Under the pieces are notes generated by a model that was given only the letters and a program-made list of their open reading frames with translations, did no database searches and was not told the origin of the DNA. The position numbers and the translations under genes were made by a program. A DNA stretch of 64,000 bases, taken from the NCBI RefSeq assembly GCF_006345805.1, contig NC_043004.1, positions 96,410,001 to 96,474,000 of the forward strand. The letters run 5' to 3'. Origin of the DNA: Octopus sinensis (Eukaryota). Of the stretch, positions 40,626-54,585 are shown piece after piece; position 1 is the first letter of the stretch; each line of letters begins with the position of its first letter.

Positions 40626-40955
40626 GTAAAGACCCCCTTCGGTCATGAATGACCATGGGATTGCACCTAGAAAGTTACCTTCCTAGATACAAGTCCGGGC
40701 AAGGTTGTTTATGGAAGGCCAGCAGTCGCCCATGCATACCAGCCTCCCCTCTCCACGCCACCAGTGTTATCCAAGGGAAAGACAAAGGTCGATACAGCTT
40801 AGCACCAGTGACGTCACAACTCATTTCTACAGCTGAGTGAACTGGAGCAACGTGAAATAAAGTGCCTTGCTCGAGAACACAACACGCAGCCCGGTCCGGG
40901 ATTCGAGCTCACAACCTCACGATCGTAAGCTCGACGCTCTAACCACTGAGCCATG
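40626..40955 (-). mobile_element. SINE type 4
   Basis: tRNA-like head GGCTCAGTGGTTAGAGCGTCGAGC...CTCGAATCCC, core GAGCAAGGCACTTTATTTC, distinct tail. Confidence 0.85.
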
Positions 40956-40959
40956 CTGG

Positions 40960-41870
40960 GCATAAAAGCTTTTCTGTTGGATAAAAAAAAAGAATAGTTT
41001 AAGAATATTAGTTTTAAGTAGAAATGAGAAGGTGGGATTAAACCATATTATACCACATTTCTTAGTCTTATACTTTTTATTTTTAATTGTATTCAGTGGA
41101 TAGTTAGCTGTTGTATTGTCAATGCTTGTATGATTATTGTTAGTTTTCCTAGGATCTATATTTACATTGATACGATTCATATCTATCAAATAATTTTTTG
41201 TTGAGTTGAAGATCTCTTTTCTAGTGGTGGTGGGTTTGTCCTTGGTAATGTTAGATTTTCTATTATTACGAATACTTATTAAGCCAGTTTTGAGGATTGT
41301 ATTTCTTCGTTGATTATTTACGTTATTTATATAATTTTTGTGGCTCTCTTTATCTGGTGTCTTAGCATTATTCTTCTTATCATTTATCTCCTTGTTGATG
41401 AGAGTTTTAAATTAGTATTGTCTATGTAATTGATCTGTTTGCATTAGCTGCTTCGAGGTAAGATTTCGTCGTAATACCAGGTATTCTTACTGAAGATGTG
41501 CTTATTTGCTGATAAGTTGGATATTCTGATCGATGTGTTTTTGATTAGTCCATTAATAAATGATCTTGGATGGTTAGGAAGTTTATTTATATAGTTTAGA
41601 TTTTCGTTAGGTTTATGATACAGAGAGTAAAGATTGGTCTGTATGTCAAGAATAACATCTAAGAAATTCACGGTCTTTCTATCTTTTGAAAATTCGCTCG
41701 AAATATTAAAGCTCTTAAAGAACTTGTATAGTTATTTTACAAATTCTTTCGATATTGGCAGCTCAGGAGTTTTTTGTTGTCATTTGAGTAATCTCCCAAC
41801 TGACATCCACCTAGTTCGGATATTTAACGCAATAAAGTTTTCCTTGATGATTCATGCTGCTTAAGCTTTC
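40960..41870 (-). mobile_element. Penelope-like element RT thumb/linker remnant
   Basis: VNFLDVILD...YHKPNENLNYIN...NHP...IRISNLS and IIWFNPTFS..KTNI are PLE motifs; frameshifted. Confidence 0.8.
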
Positions 41871-41960
41871 GAATGCACTTGGAACATCCAGTGCAGGGTA
41901 ACAAGCAATGGTGAAACAAACGTAGGAAATAAGATAAACTTGTATTTATCGTAAATTTCC

Positions 41961-42005
<45 letters not shown>

Positions 42006-42311
42006 ATACACACGCATAGACACACAAATACGTACTTGCATATCTATCTATATGCGTGTATTTCGAAACGTGGAGTAGGTGAAACAAAGGCGACTGAAGA
42101 AGGGGAATTTTCCTTGTTTTGTATGTCCTGTACTCTATTTTTTCGTTGTTTAAGAAAAATGTCCATTTCCTTGGTTTTGTGTTTATGTTTTCGTTTCTCA
42201 TTGTGTTCGACGTTTGTTTGGTGTCCTGTACCCATATATGCATGTATATATACATGTAGAGATAGGTACGTACATATATGTATGTATATATGCATGTGTT
42301 TTATTTATTAA

Positions 42312-42343
<32 letters not shown>

Positions 42344-43106
42344 GACATCCTTGTTGACAGGTTGCTGATACGTATTAAAGAATTTGTTAAATATTTATAG
42401 AAAGTAAATCAGTAACTCCAGTTCCTTGAAGCTGTGAGATTTGTTTTTATATACAAACGATTCATTGCTTGTTTCTCAAGGATTGGTCAAATAACGTGGA
42501 CACCTCTGCTGTGAACCCATAACGTTCAAAAATCGGTAGTTTTTTCATGTTTGTATGTGTAATACGGAAGCTTACTCCCTCCCACATATATGTTAGGGTA
42601 GGTTGATTTTGGAACTAATTTTAGACTAGTCTAGATAGAAAGGTATTAATCTATAGAAAACGTTGCTTTAACTCTTATTTATGAAAATGATTGTATGTTT
42701 TGAGGATTCTCAGTTATTTTAAAGTTGTAAAATTACATAATTTTATACATTAAAAGCCAACCATTGGACTTAATTTAATCAAAATAACCAATTAAATTTG
42801 TCGTTTTCAACAAATCAATGCTTGGTACTTGTTTGAATGCTTTATAGATGTTTATTGGTGTAATATTTTGTACTCTCTAATGATATTTGCCTATCAAATA
42901 TTTATTGAATTAAATTATTTTCAGATATTTCATAAAAATGGGTAGTAAAAGGAAGTGTGCAGTATCAACTTGAAGTGATAGTGCTAAAAACTTTCCCTTT
43001 AGATCAAACAGAGCCTCTTACTCTCCACCAAGTTATTCAGTACAGTTATTTCCGCCAAGTTATTCAGTATAGTTATTTCTTTGAAAGACTATGATATTGC
43101 TTTAAT

Positions 43107-43645
43107 CATCATCATCATTGTTCGACCGTGGTCGAGACAATGGAATTTACCATGCTACGCCAGACTTCACGGTCCATCATGGCATTACGGAGGTCCTGTT
43201 CCTGGATGCCTGTATCGCTGGAGATTACATCAGGGTAAGAGAGTGTGCGCCCTCTGGTATTGCGAGTAGATGGCTTCCAGAGGAGAAGAGTAGAAATTGC
43301 CTCGTTTTCAGCTCTACAACAATGTCCAGCAAACTGGACTCTTCTACCTTTCACGAGAGATGACACAGGTGGTAGTTTCCCATATATTTGTACTTTGGTT
43401 GGATGACGCTTCCACAAGAGATTTTGAGCTCTCATAAGGAGGCGAGTATAGGTTCCTTCCAACTGTCTCTCAAGCTTCTTTGATAACGTCCAGGTTTCTG
43501 AGCCACATGGTAGAATTGGTTCGACTGTGGCTTTGAAGATTTCAAATTTGAAGTCTCTACTTAGATTTGATGACCAGATCTTATGCATGTCATTACATGT
43601 CATTACATTTTCTAACTAGAAAGGGTATGGACTGGTCAGCCTGTA
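43107..43645 (-). mobile_element. 5'-truncated RTE LINE inserted in the hAT
   Basis: FKATVEPILPCGSETWTL...FAGHC...DREVW C-terminus, (TGA)n tail, 16-bp TSD ATGATATTGCTTTAAT / ATGACATTGCTATAAT (43091-43106, 43646-43661). Confidence 0.9.
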
Positions 43646-43809
43646 ATGACATTGCTATAATAATAGCAAAGGGTGTAATTGGGATTTGGTAGGAAGTGAA
43701 CGCACAGCTGCCCCTGTATGAGGAATATTATGTAATGCAATTGGTGGATAAAGTGTGCTTCATGAAAGCAAAATAAATGAACCGCAAATCTCTTTCCAAA
43801 GTCATAAGC

Positions 43810-43977
43810 GTAGAAGTGGCTGTGTGGTAAGTAGCTTGCTAACCAACCACATGGTTCCGGGTTCAGTCCCTCTGCGTGGCATCTTGGGAAAATGTCTTCT
43901 GCTATAGCCCCGGGCCAACCAATGCCTTGTGAGTGGATTTGGTAGACGGAAACTGAAAGAAGCTTGTTGTATATATG

Positions 43978-44010
<33 letters not shown>

Positions 44011-44220
44011 TTGTGTGTCTGTGTTTGTCCCACTAGCATTGCTTGACAACCGATGCTGTTGTGTTTACGTCCCCGTCACTTAGCGGTTCGGCAAAAGAGA
44101 CCGATAGAATAAGTACTGGGCTTACAAAGAATAAGTTCCGGGGGGTCGATTTGCTTGATTGACTAAAGGCGGTGCTCCAGCATGGCCGCAGTCAAATGAC
44201 TGAAACAAGTAAAAGAGAGA
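43810..44220 (+). mobile_element. SINE type 1 nested in the hAT
   Basis: Full-length match to the consensus. Confidence 0.9.
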
Positions 44221-45688
44221 AAAAGAGAGAGAACAGAATTTGAACGAAATGCTGTGCTAAGTCTTTGTTCATGTGATGACAATGCTGTGAAGTGGAAGAA
44301 AGAAAATTCTGCCCGTGTCCCCCCCCCCCAGTAAGAAAGTAAAGCTACTTTTTAAAAACTTTTAACTAACCTTACTTAGCTTGATTAGTTGCCTTTTAAA
44401 TAGAAAAAAAATCCCATGGATGTAATTGGAAAATATACACGTTTTCCTCCTGTAATCTACCTTTCCCCTCTGGAATAGAAAATTAATCATCAAGTCTTTT
44501 TGTGATTTCATCTCTTATTTTAAATCCGCTGTTCAATATACTTTAATATTTCAATTTCCAGTAGAGGAGAAAGAATACTTAAGAGATCAGAGAGCCAAGA
44601 TACACCCATGGGTTCTTTCCAGCTCGGGTCGGTGGATAATGCTATTGTGAAGAGAAACCAGAAGATAAGGCAGAAAGATTACAGAGACAAATTCAACAGT
44701 AGCAGGAAGTGGACTTGGCCACACTTGCCTCCACATTCTCACAAGATATTTCTTTGGGATCCAGCTCGGGAAAATCAGAAAATGTAATATTTTTCCCTAC
44801 ATCTGAATCTATTTTTAATCTAATTTATCTCTACTTTTTGTCTCATATTCCTCTCCTCACTTCCCCATTTTCTCTTCAGTAATTTTGTTTTAGTTTTTTT
44901 TTTATTATTTCAGTCATCTAATGATGACGATTTCAAGCCAAGGAGGCACCCAATTGGAGCTTAAAGCTTTTTGAAACCCCACCCCAAGATATGCTATGGA
45001 ATTGATCATGAGTGGTGTTTCTTCCAGTCTTGGGGCAAGTCTTGCTTATGCCCTCGTCCTTGACTTACAAGCTATGGATAATAGTTGATAAATCGAAATT
45101 GGACAGAGAAAAAGACAGAATGAAAGTGAAAAGCACAAAGAGAGACTGTTTATGGACTCGAATCAAGGCACAAACTCATTCTGGCCAAAGCCCTAAGCCA
45201 CTGTAAGAGGGTTTCCTTTGCTTCTAAGGGCTCTTACGGTGAAACTTATGATTTTGGTATCTAAATTTGTCTTACTTGACTCTATAAAGTTTTTACATGC
45301 TTTAACTCGTTTTCAATAAAGATGCAACATTTCTTTTGGATTTTTCAAATGACTATAACATGTATTTTTCGACCGAAAATGGTGAAAATGCGATGTTTTT
45401 TGGTTACAGTATTTTGAATTTTTGTGAAACAGTTTCCTCAAAATACTGTTAAAGCTAGAGAGATAGATCTTTTTTGTCAGTTATTCTCACATTAAGCTCT
45501 CACTATCTCGATTAATTCAAACTCATTAACTACAAAAGTATGGAAAATCAACGTGCCCTAATATATGTACACTTACATGCAGATATACAAATATACACAC
45601 ATATTTATAAGCATATATACACATTTGCGAATCGCTAAATCATCCATTTACTTGGATGACGAAAACATAAACATTGAATGTGAAGTGA

Positions 45689-45793
45689 GTCCGGAAAGAA
45701 CCGAACAACTGAGCAGTCTTAACTGATGAGGCAACGAAAATTGCCGAAACTGACGCATCAGTATTAAGAATTTTCGATCGGTATTTTTCGGAC
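45689..45793 (+). ncRNA. Type I hammerhead ribozyme with extended stem I
   Basis: TCTTAA (45717-22), CTGATGA, GGCAA/cgaaaa/TTGCC, GAAA, CTGA/cgca/TCAG, TA, TTAAGA (45764-69). All core nucleotides are canonical; predicted GUA cleavage after 45763; distal helix 45689-45704 with 45778-45793 pairs 15 of 16. Confidence 0.9.
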
Positions 45794-45983
45794 GATTATG
45801 GTGCCTGTTACTGTACATGTTTCTATTCATGTGCATTAACTACAATATTAGAGAGTCTTAGCTCTTATTTCTAGTAATGTAAGTGTTTCCTAACACCCTA
45901 GTCACGTTTAGTGACATTTGTAATTGTCCCTTTTGGTAAAACATTGCAAATTTCTGTTTATATAAATTTTATATGCATATATA

Positions 45984-47608
45984 CAGTTGCGGCCAACATG
46001 TTCAGAACGGCATTGTTTTTGTCAGAAAAGTAGGTATAAGTTTTTATCAAAGTTGTTTTATATTCTATAATTTTCACAGACAATAAATACAATATTAATT
46101 GTTATTGCCTGAGATTTTGGTGTAATTTGAGAGGATAATACAAAGTTATGGATGATTTAGTGATTTACTGCAAAACCCATGGCGGCTAAAATGATCAGAA
46201 CGGTTGAAAAAATAACAAAATAATCAAAAATGACAGAGAATACTGGAATTATTTAATATTTACTGTGAAGCCCTTTAGCTTCAATCACACTCTGACATCT
46301 TCGACTGCATGAGGAAATTAAATTTTCAATTTCTTGCTGGGTGATCTTATTCCATTCTTCCTGAAGGGCATTCCATAATTGCTCAGTTGTTTTAGGATTT
46401 CTGGCTTTCGAACGTTCTCCTAGAATATTTCACACATTTTCAATAGGATTGAGATCTGGGTTTTGAGCTGGCCAATCCATAACAATAATCTTTTCAGCCT
46501 TGAGGAAGTTCATGACCACCTTAGCCTTGTGACATGGGGCATTGTCCTGCATGAATATGGGTGGTCGCTCAGTTGAATTTCTCAGCACAGGCAAGACATG
46601 ATCTTTTACAAGTTGTTTATAAACTCCTGCATTTAACTTTCCATGTAATCGCACCAAATGGCCCACACAATCTCCATATATCATTCCCCAAACCATGACA
46701 CTTCCTCCACCGAATTTAACACTGGTCTTAAGGCATTTAGGCAACAATTTTTCACCTACTTTTCTACGAACGTACCTTTTCCCATCTGAGCCAAATAGCA
46801 TAAACTTAGATTTATCACTGAAATGCACCGTTTGACATTTTTCTTGAGACCACAACACATGTTCGGTTGCAAAGGTAAGACGACACTTTTTATTCTTGGA
46901 GCTGATCAGTGGCTTCACTGCAGGTGCTCTTGCTTGTAGGTCATGTTCAACTAAACGACGAGACACAGTTTTTCGAGATAAAGTTTTCTTCAATACAATG
47001 CTCATTTTCCGAGAAACAGCAGCAGCAGTTTTAAATCTATCCTTTTTGACCAACTTTACCATAGCACGATCTTCTCTCTTGGTCGTTTTCCTTGGCCTAC
47101 CTGTAAACTTTCTTGCTTCACACGAACCACAATCATCGTAGACCTTAAGAATACCGTGTACAACACTTTTTGACTTGTTACTCTTTGCAATAGATCCAAT
47201 ACTTAAATTATCCTTCCTTCGAAGCTTAATAATCTGCTGACGAACTGGTAACGGAGTAAGTGGCATTATATTAACAAAGTACACTGCAAATATTCTTACT
47301 AATGTTTAGTAAACGAACCGTCACGTAAACAAATTCCAAACATTAGAGTTCGCCGGTTAAATATACTAAAACACGGAGTAAAAGCAACCGTCCTGATCAT
47401 TTTGGCCGCCATGGGTTTTGCAGTAAATCACTAAATCATCCATAACTTTTGTATTACCCTCTCAAATTACACCGAAATCTCAGGCAATAACAAATAATAT
47501 CGTATTTATTGTCTGTGAAAATTATAGAATATAAAACAACTTTGATAAAAAATTATATCTACTTTTCTGACGAAAACAATGCCGTTCTGAACATTTTGGC
47601 CGCAACTG
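45984..47608 (-). mobile_element. Full-length Tc1 (DD34E) element
   Basis: ~224-bp TIRs (CAGTTGCGGCCAA...), TA on both sides, 1625 bp. Confidence 0.95.
46253..47266 (-). pseudogene. Tc1 transposase with one premature stop
   Basis: MPLTPLP...FSDKSKF...QDNAP...WPAQNPDLNPIENV, then TGA at 46430-32 where W is expected; the frame continues to ...AKGLHSKY-stop. 34 residues between the second D and E. Confidence 0.92.
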
Positions 47609-47625
47609 TATATATACATACATAC

Positions 47626-47661
<36 letters not shown>

Positions 47662-47699
47662 TTTCCTGCTTCTAACCCTCCAACACGGAGTATAAGCCA

Positions 47700-48130
47700 C
47701 TTATAATTGAATTCCATGTCGCAAAATGTTTTCGCTTCTGTACTTATACTCAGCCACCACCCCATTCTCTAGTTCCTTTTGTGTTGGCCACGAGTTCTTA
47801 GGCCCACCTTTCTTTCTATATCCATCCGAATTCCACTGTAAAGCACTTTTCGCTACATTTGGTGTGTCTTTTCTATTTGTGCTACCAATCCACTTCCACT
47901 TTTTCCTAGATATTTGATCCCTAATCGAAACTTGATTTGTTCTTTGCCATAGCTCCATATTGCTTATGTGTTCGGGCCATCTAATTTTAAGTATACTATG
48001 CAAGCATCTGTTGATGAATGATTGTATTTGCTTATTTGACTTAACTGTTGTTCGCCATGTCTCAGCCCCATACAATAACACTGCTTTTACGTTAGTATTA
48101 AAAATTCTTATTTTGTTCTTTATTGAAATT
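47700..48130 (-). mobile_element. RTE LINE 3' fragment
   Basis: KIRIFNTNVKAVLLYGAETW...RWPEHISNMELWQRT...WKWIG motifs. Confidence 0.9.
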
Positions 48131-49642
48131 ACACATATATACATATATAAACAATACACATATATAATTACACATATATGTATGTATGTATGTAAATATA
48201 TTTGCACATTGAAAAATGTATGCACCAACAATGTTACATATATGTTGCCTATATATTTACACTGACACAAACAATTATATACTCACAAACGAATATATTT
48301 ATATTTTTGTATATATTTGTATTTATGTTCATGAACGTGCATAGCATTGTATGTCTCTATGTCTTATGCTGGTTTAAACCATTGTATCACATAAGCTCTT
48401 TCACTCTTTGACTGACTCTGATTTTTTTATATTTATTATTGTTTTGTTGTCCTTATTATCTCATCTTTTCTGCTAATTACCTTTGCTATCCTTATAGTCT
48501 TTCTCTTTTTGTTAAATATATTGCAAATATTTCTATAGTTCATTTTTCAATGATCGTAAATTGATTTATAAGCATTTTACTGGAAGCTGATCTGCAACGG
48601 TTTTAGTCTTTTGTAATACAATACCAGAGACACGAGAATTATATTGTTCTAGGATTTCTTTTAAAATTTCAACAGATAACATTTTATCTGAAGACTTCCA
48701 AAGGCAAAGCTATTGTAATCCTGTGTCTTTACATAACTATCAACTAATGAATTTTTTAGAAGTTGTCTGCTTCTTGTTTTTGTTATATCGGTGTATGTTG
48801 AAGTTTGGTACTTTACTATCAAGAAGCTTTCAGTTATTTAAGTGTCTCTGCATCTCTCTTTCTCCTTCTTTCTATCTTTCTTGGTCTCTCTCTCCTTCTC
48901 TTTCTCTTTTTCGTCTCAATGTCTTCTCAGCATTAGAACATAAATACCTGGTCTTGCTCCTAATAATTGATTTTTTTTGTTTGTTTATAAGAGATCTCTG
49001 AAGTTATAGAGACTTATGGTTTTCAGTTGTAAGCAATTGTTAATCAGAGTTATTGCATGCATCCTGGTGACTAGTTGATATCCAGTACATCCTAATTACT
49101 TGTTGCCATGCGGAGTTCTTGCATATTAAATATCTTAAATGCTTTTGTAATAATTCTTTCAAATAATAGCACAAGACCTGAAAATTTGGGGGATGAGAAG
49201 CAGACAATTACATTTACCCCCTACTACCTGATTGATACTTATTTTATTGACTCCAAAAAGAAGAAAGATAAAAGATCTCAGTAGAATTAAGTCAGAATAT
49301 AAAAATGGATGAAATGCCGCTAAGTATTTTGTTCAGCATGCTAACAGTTCTGCCAGATCATTACCTTAACTTTTTTCATAATAATGCAAGTGAACTGAAC
49401 CTACGTATCCTGGAACTTAAATAATATGAACACCCAATAGGAATATTTGACTTACATGTTACCTGCCTCATATCTTGTCCAACTCATATATCTTACTGTT
49501 ATTTCAATATGTAGACAAAGTTTTAAGTTACATATGCTGTGACCATATATGATTTTAAACAAGTAACTTTCTTGTCTTCTGTCATTAATCTGCAGAGTTC
49601 TGGGTGAAATCTCTTATGATATTTTATTATATATCTTTATAT

Positions 49643-49851
49643 AGGTGCAGGAGTGGCTGTGTGGTAAGTAGCTTGCTTACAAACCACATTGTTCTGGGCT
49701 CAGTCCCACTGCGTGGCATCTTGGGCAAGTGTCTTCTAATATAGCCTCGGGAGACCAAAGCCTTGTGAGTGGATTTGGTTGATGGAAACTGAAAGAAGCC
49801 CGTAGTAGATATGTATGTATATATATATATATTATATATATATATATATAT

Positions 49852-49901
<50 letters not shown>

Positions 49902-50137
49902 CATACATATATTTATACATATATATATATGTGTGTGTGTTTGGATGTCTGAGTTAGTCTCTCCAAAATTGCTTGACAACTGATGCTGGTGTGTTTACGT
50001 CCCCGTAACTCGGTGGTTCGGCAAAAGAGACAGATAGAATAAGTACTAGGCTTACAAAGAGTAAGTCCTGGGGTTGATTTGCTCAACTAAAGGCGGTGCT
50101 CCAGCATGGCAGCAGTCAATTGACTGAAACAAGTAAA
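49643..50137 (+). mobile_element. SINE type 1 with an expanded internal (TA)n
   Basis: Full-length match. Confidence 0.9.
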
Positions 50138-50805
50138 AAAAAAGAGAGCGAGAGAGAGTATATCATATTTTTTTTTAAATTGTAATGAGAATATCAAGGA
50201 TATATTAGAAAGAAAAAACCCTCAAAAACTAATAGATAATTACCCTGTTTCTTCTGAAGAATCGAAAAACAAAACCAAAAACCAAAAAAACGACATAAAT
50301 GGGGTAAAAGTAAGTGAATAACTAGTATCTGGTAATTAAAAGAGGCAAAAAATTAGGACAATTTTTCCATTAACTATAAAGTTAAACAATCAAATTCTCA
50401 TCTACATCATTTTACCATCTTCCAGAACCACCAAAAGATATTACGATACTGCTACTATGCAACTACAGCATCATTGCAATTCACTTCGTCAAAAGCTCAA
50501 TTCTTCCATATATACTTTCCATGAATAATAAATGGAAAGAAAAAATAAATATATATATATATATATATATATAAAAAAAGAAACAAAAACAAGCAGCAAT
50601 ATGGAATGAAATAAAAGGAAAGAAAATTAAATAAGAATAAATGAAATACTCCATTTTAGATTATCACTTCAAATTAAGATAAGTGATGTTTTCAAATAAA
50701 GGTAAATTATTTCAGCTGAACAAAATTAAGCATTTCTTTCAAAAGATCTATCTGTAAATTTTGAGTAGGATTTCTTGGCAGAAGATGAAATATAAATAGC
50801 ATCAG

Positions 50806-52000
<1,195 letters not shown>

Positions 52001-52840
52001 GGGGATGTTTTTATTTTAGGAAAGTATTTTGTTATTTATGAATTTTATTTTATTTAGATTAGTGTTCTGGAAGCAGGAGTTCACAAGTTTCATTTAAAGG
52101 GGTCTGTGAAAGAAAGATACAAATTTATTTTTTGGATGATGATGATGATGATGTTTGCAAACAGAAATATTCTAAATGTAGAGGAATGAGTTTACAAGTT
52201 GCACTCAGTAATAACTACACTGTGCAATATAATTTTGCTATTATGTTTCCATGGTATCAGTGATTATAACATATAGGTCTCTAAAAGCAGTTTTTGCAAG
52301 ATTGTTTAAACTATCCATAAAGAATAAATTTTGTGAAAAGAAGAACATTTGTGGCAGTAAAATAATAACAGAAAAATAATATTGCTGAGAGGCTATGCTG
52401 AGAGATCAGCTTGAATTACATTAATATATATAAACATATAAATATAAATTGTACAATTTACTTTGTACGAAAATAAGACTGAACCATCTCATTCAATAAA
52501 AAAACTTATTATTGCAAACTAATAAATTGATTTGGTCGACAATAAAACAATGATGCTACTTTCACAGGTAATTTATTTCTATCCTGTTGTGGAATTTGCA
52601 TGAAATGTGAATGACCTACATAATCGTAAAGAGATCTTTGTTATAGAGACATGATAGCCATCAGTTATTCCTATGTAGGTTAGTTTCATCATTATTATCC
52701 ATTAACACTCAGGTATGGTGTTTGATCAATGATGTTTGACCCTTCAGTAACTAATATTTACGTACATGAGTATGACTTAGATAAAATAATCCAAAATAAT
52801 TAAACCTGAAAAACCGACCAAGTTTTTTTTCTCTGTTTCA

Positions 52841-53098
52841 GGAGAAATTTGACAAGACAGACAGTCACCGGCTGACACTCGCTGATGATACATCAAAGAG
52901 GCCAGGGAACAGAAGAAAGAAGACATGCACCCAACACCAGAGCTGAAGACACCTCCGAAAGGGGGCCCCCGCCACGTCAAAACGGTAGAGGAGTAGGGGC
53001 CAAAACTGGACGTGGTTCCTCCTGATGATGTCTTGAGCTAACTGGATCCTATAAAGGAGCTGTTGCGGTAGCAGACCATGAAACACGGTTGTAATTCC
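52841..53098 (+). mobile_element. Penelope-like 3' terminal fragment with a hammerhead-like motif, flanked by a 104-bp direct repeat
   Basis: GC-rich insert; YIKEA...GGPRH resembles a GIY-YIG tail; CTGATGA (53022) ... GAAACACGGTTGTA (53080-93); flanks 52737-52840 and 53099-53202 are near identical. Confidence 0.6.
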
Positions 53099-53439
53099 TG
53101 ACCCTTCAGTAACTAATATTTATGTACATCAGTATGACTTAGATAAAATAATCCCAAATAATTAAACCTGAAAAACTGACCAAGTTTTTTTTCTCTGTTT
53201 CAATGGATAGGGGAGGATACTAGTAAGAAATCTGATAGAGATGTGGAAACATGGAATTGGTATCTCATTGCCTAAATAGGTCGATTTCACTGACCCTGTT
53301 AACTTCTAATCTACTAATACGAGTCAACATCTCCAGTAATATCAGGACAAACGTAAATAATCACATACTTTATAACTCTATATACCAATCCTACTCAGAA
53401 ACCAATAGCATTTCTCATTATGGTTTTGCTTTCCTATAC

Positions 53440-53920
53440 AACATCTGATTGTTTTATTGCTCTTGGGAAAGTCTGGAAAAGAAAATGTTCTTTCCACATG
53501 TCACCAGAAAAATCTTTCATCATATCTAGCATGTGAATCACTGAATAATATTATGGCAGGGAAAAGGATACATTACCTATGTCTTATCTCTGGCACCAAA
53601 AGTCTGCTTGTCATACTGTTACAGTCTATTGTTCATACAGCTCATGTCAATCCATACAATGTCAATCTGGGTGTGCCTCAAACTTTAATTATGTTTCTCT
53701 TTATTCTGTATGCTATGCATTAACAAGCTGTTTACTCAAAGCTCTTTTTATCTATGTACACTCTAAAGATAATTCACCTCTTTACTCATCAAACATCAAC
53801 CAGACTATTATGAACAAATATCTTAAGAGCTTCATCCATCGGGGGTATGAAAACCTTGCCTTCAAAACCCAAGAAATCCCAATGCAACAGGCAACTTGAA
53901 ACAATTTGTCTTTGAAAATC
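53440..53920 (+). mobile_element. Highly degenerate non-LTR RT fragment (CR1/L2/Jockey-like)
   Basis: SIV...NPYNVNLGVPQ..MFLFIL resembles the GVPQGS.L.P.LF motif. Confidence 0.5.
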
Positions 53921-54553
53921 CAGATTTTATGCCAAGAGAATATTTGATAATACAGTTTTTAGTTTTGTTAGAAATGTCTGATTGTCATAAGGAGTTGGTG
54001 CAGTTTTGGTGCAATTCCTGTTCAGTGCTAATTCAAGTTCTCTGATGTATAAAAACTGAACTGGGTGAATGAAGGTGATCCACAATGCCAGTGAAGCAGA
54101 TATACTATAATTTCAGGCTGGGTTAAGGTCCTAAATACACTCACTAATTTACAGTAATTTATCCCTAGATAATGGCATGCTGTATAGAAGTGGAATGTAT
54201 TGAAACTCTACACACACATACACACACACACGTGTACCCTCAACACTGACAGATTTATAAAACTATATTTAATACAGAGTATGCTTCTGTAGAATGTCTG
54301 CCTGCAAATTCTTTGTATGAAGCACAGGTTGGCTCAAGGCTACAGTAGAAAACACTTGCCCAAGGCAACATGCTATGCAATGAGACCGAACTTAAAACTA
54401 CATTGTTAAAAGGCAAACTATAATGATACGCATGTATGTATGTACGTATGTATGTATGTACGTATGTATGTATGTATGTATGTATGTATGTATGTATGTA
54501 TGTATGTATGTATGTATGTATGTATGTATGTGTCTGTCTGTCTGTTTATCTAC

Positions 54554-54585
<32 letters not shown>

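Larger units (their letters stand above)
42948..45275 (+). pseudogene. Intron-containing hAT transposase pseudogene lacking the catalytic core
   Basis: Pieces CSC...RVPP | EEKEYLRDQR..PMGSFQLGSVD | SSNDDDF...IIVDKSKLDREK..., then directly ILAKALSHCKRVSFASKGSY. GT-AG introns at 44331-44561 and 44784-44913. The hATm assignment is from memory of family motifs. Confidence 0.65.
42594..45560 (+). mobile_element. Internally deleted hAT element (hATm-like) with nested insertions
   Basis: 17-bp TIRs TAGGGTAGGTTGATTTT / TAGGGCACGTTGATTTT (2 mismatches); exact 8-bp TSD ATATATGT (42586-42593, 45561-45568); transposase remnants inside. Confidence 0.85.
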
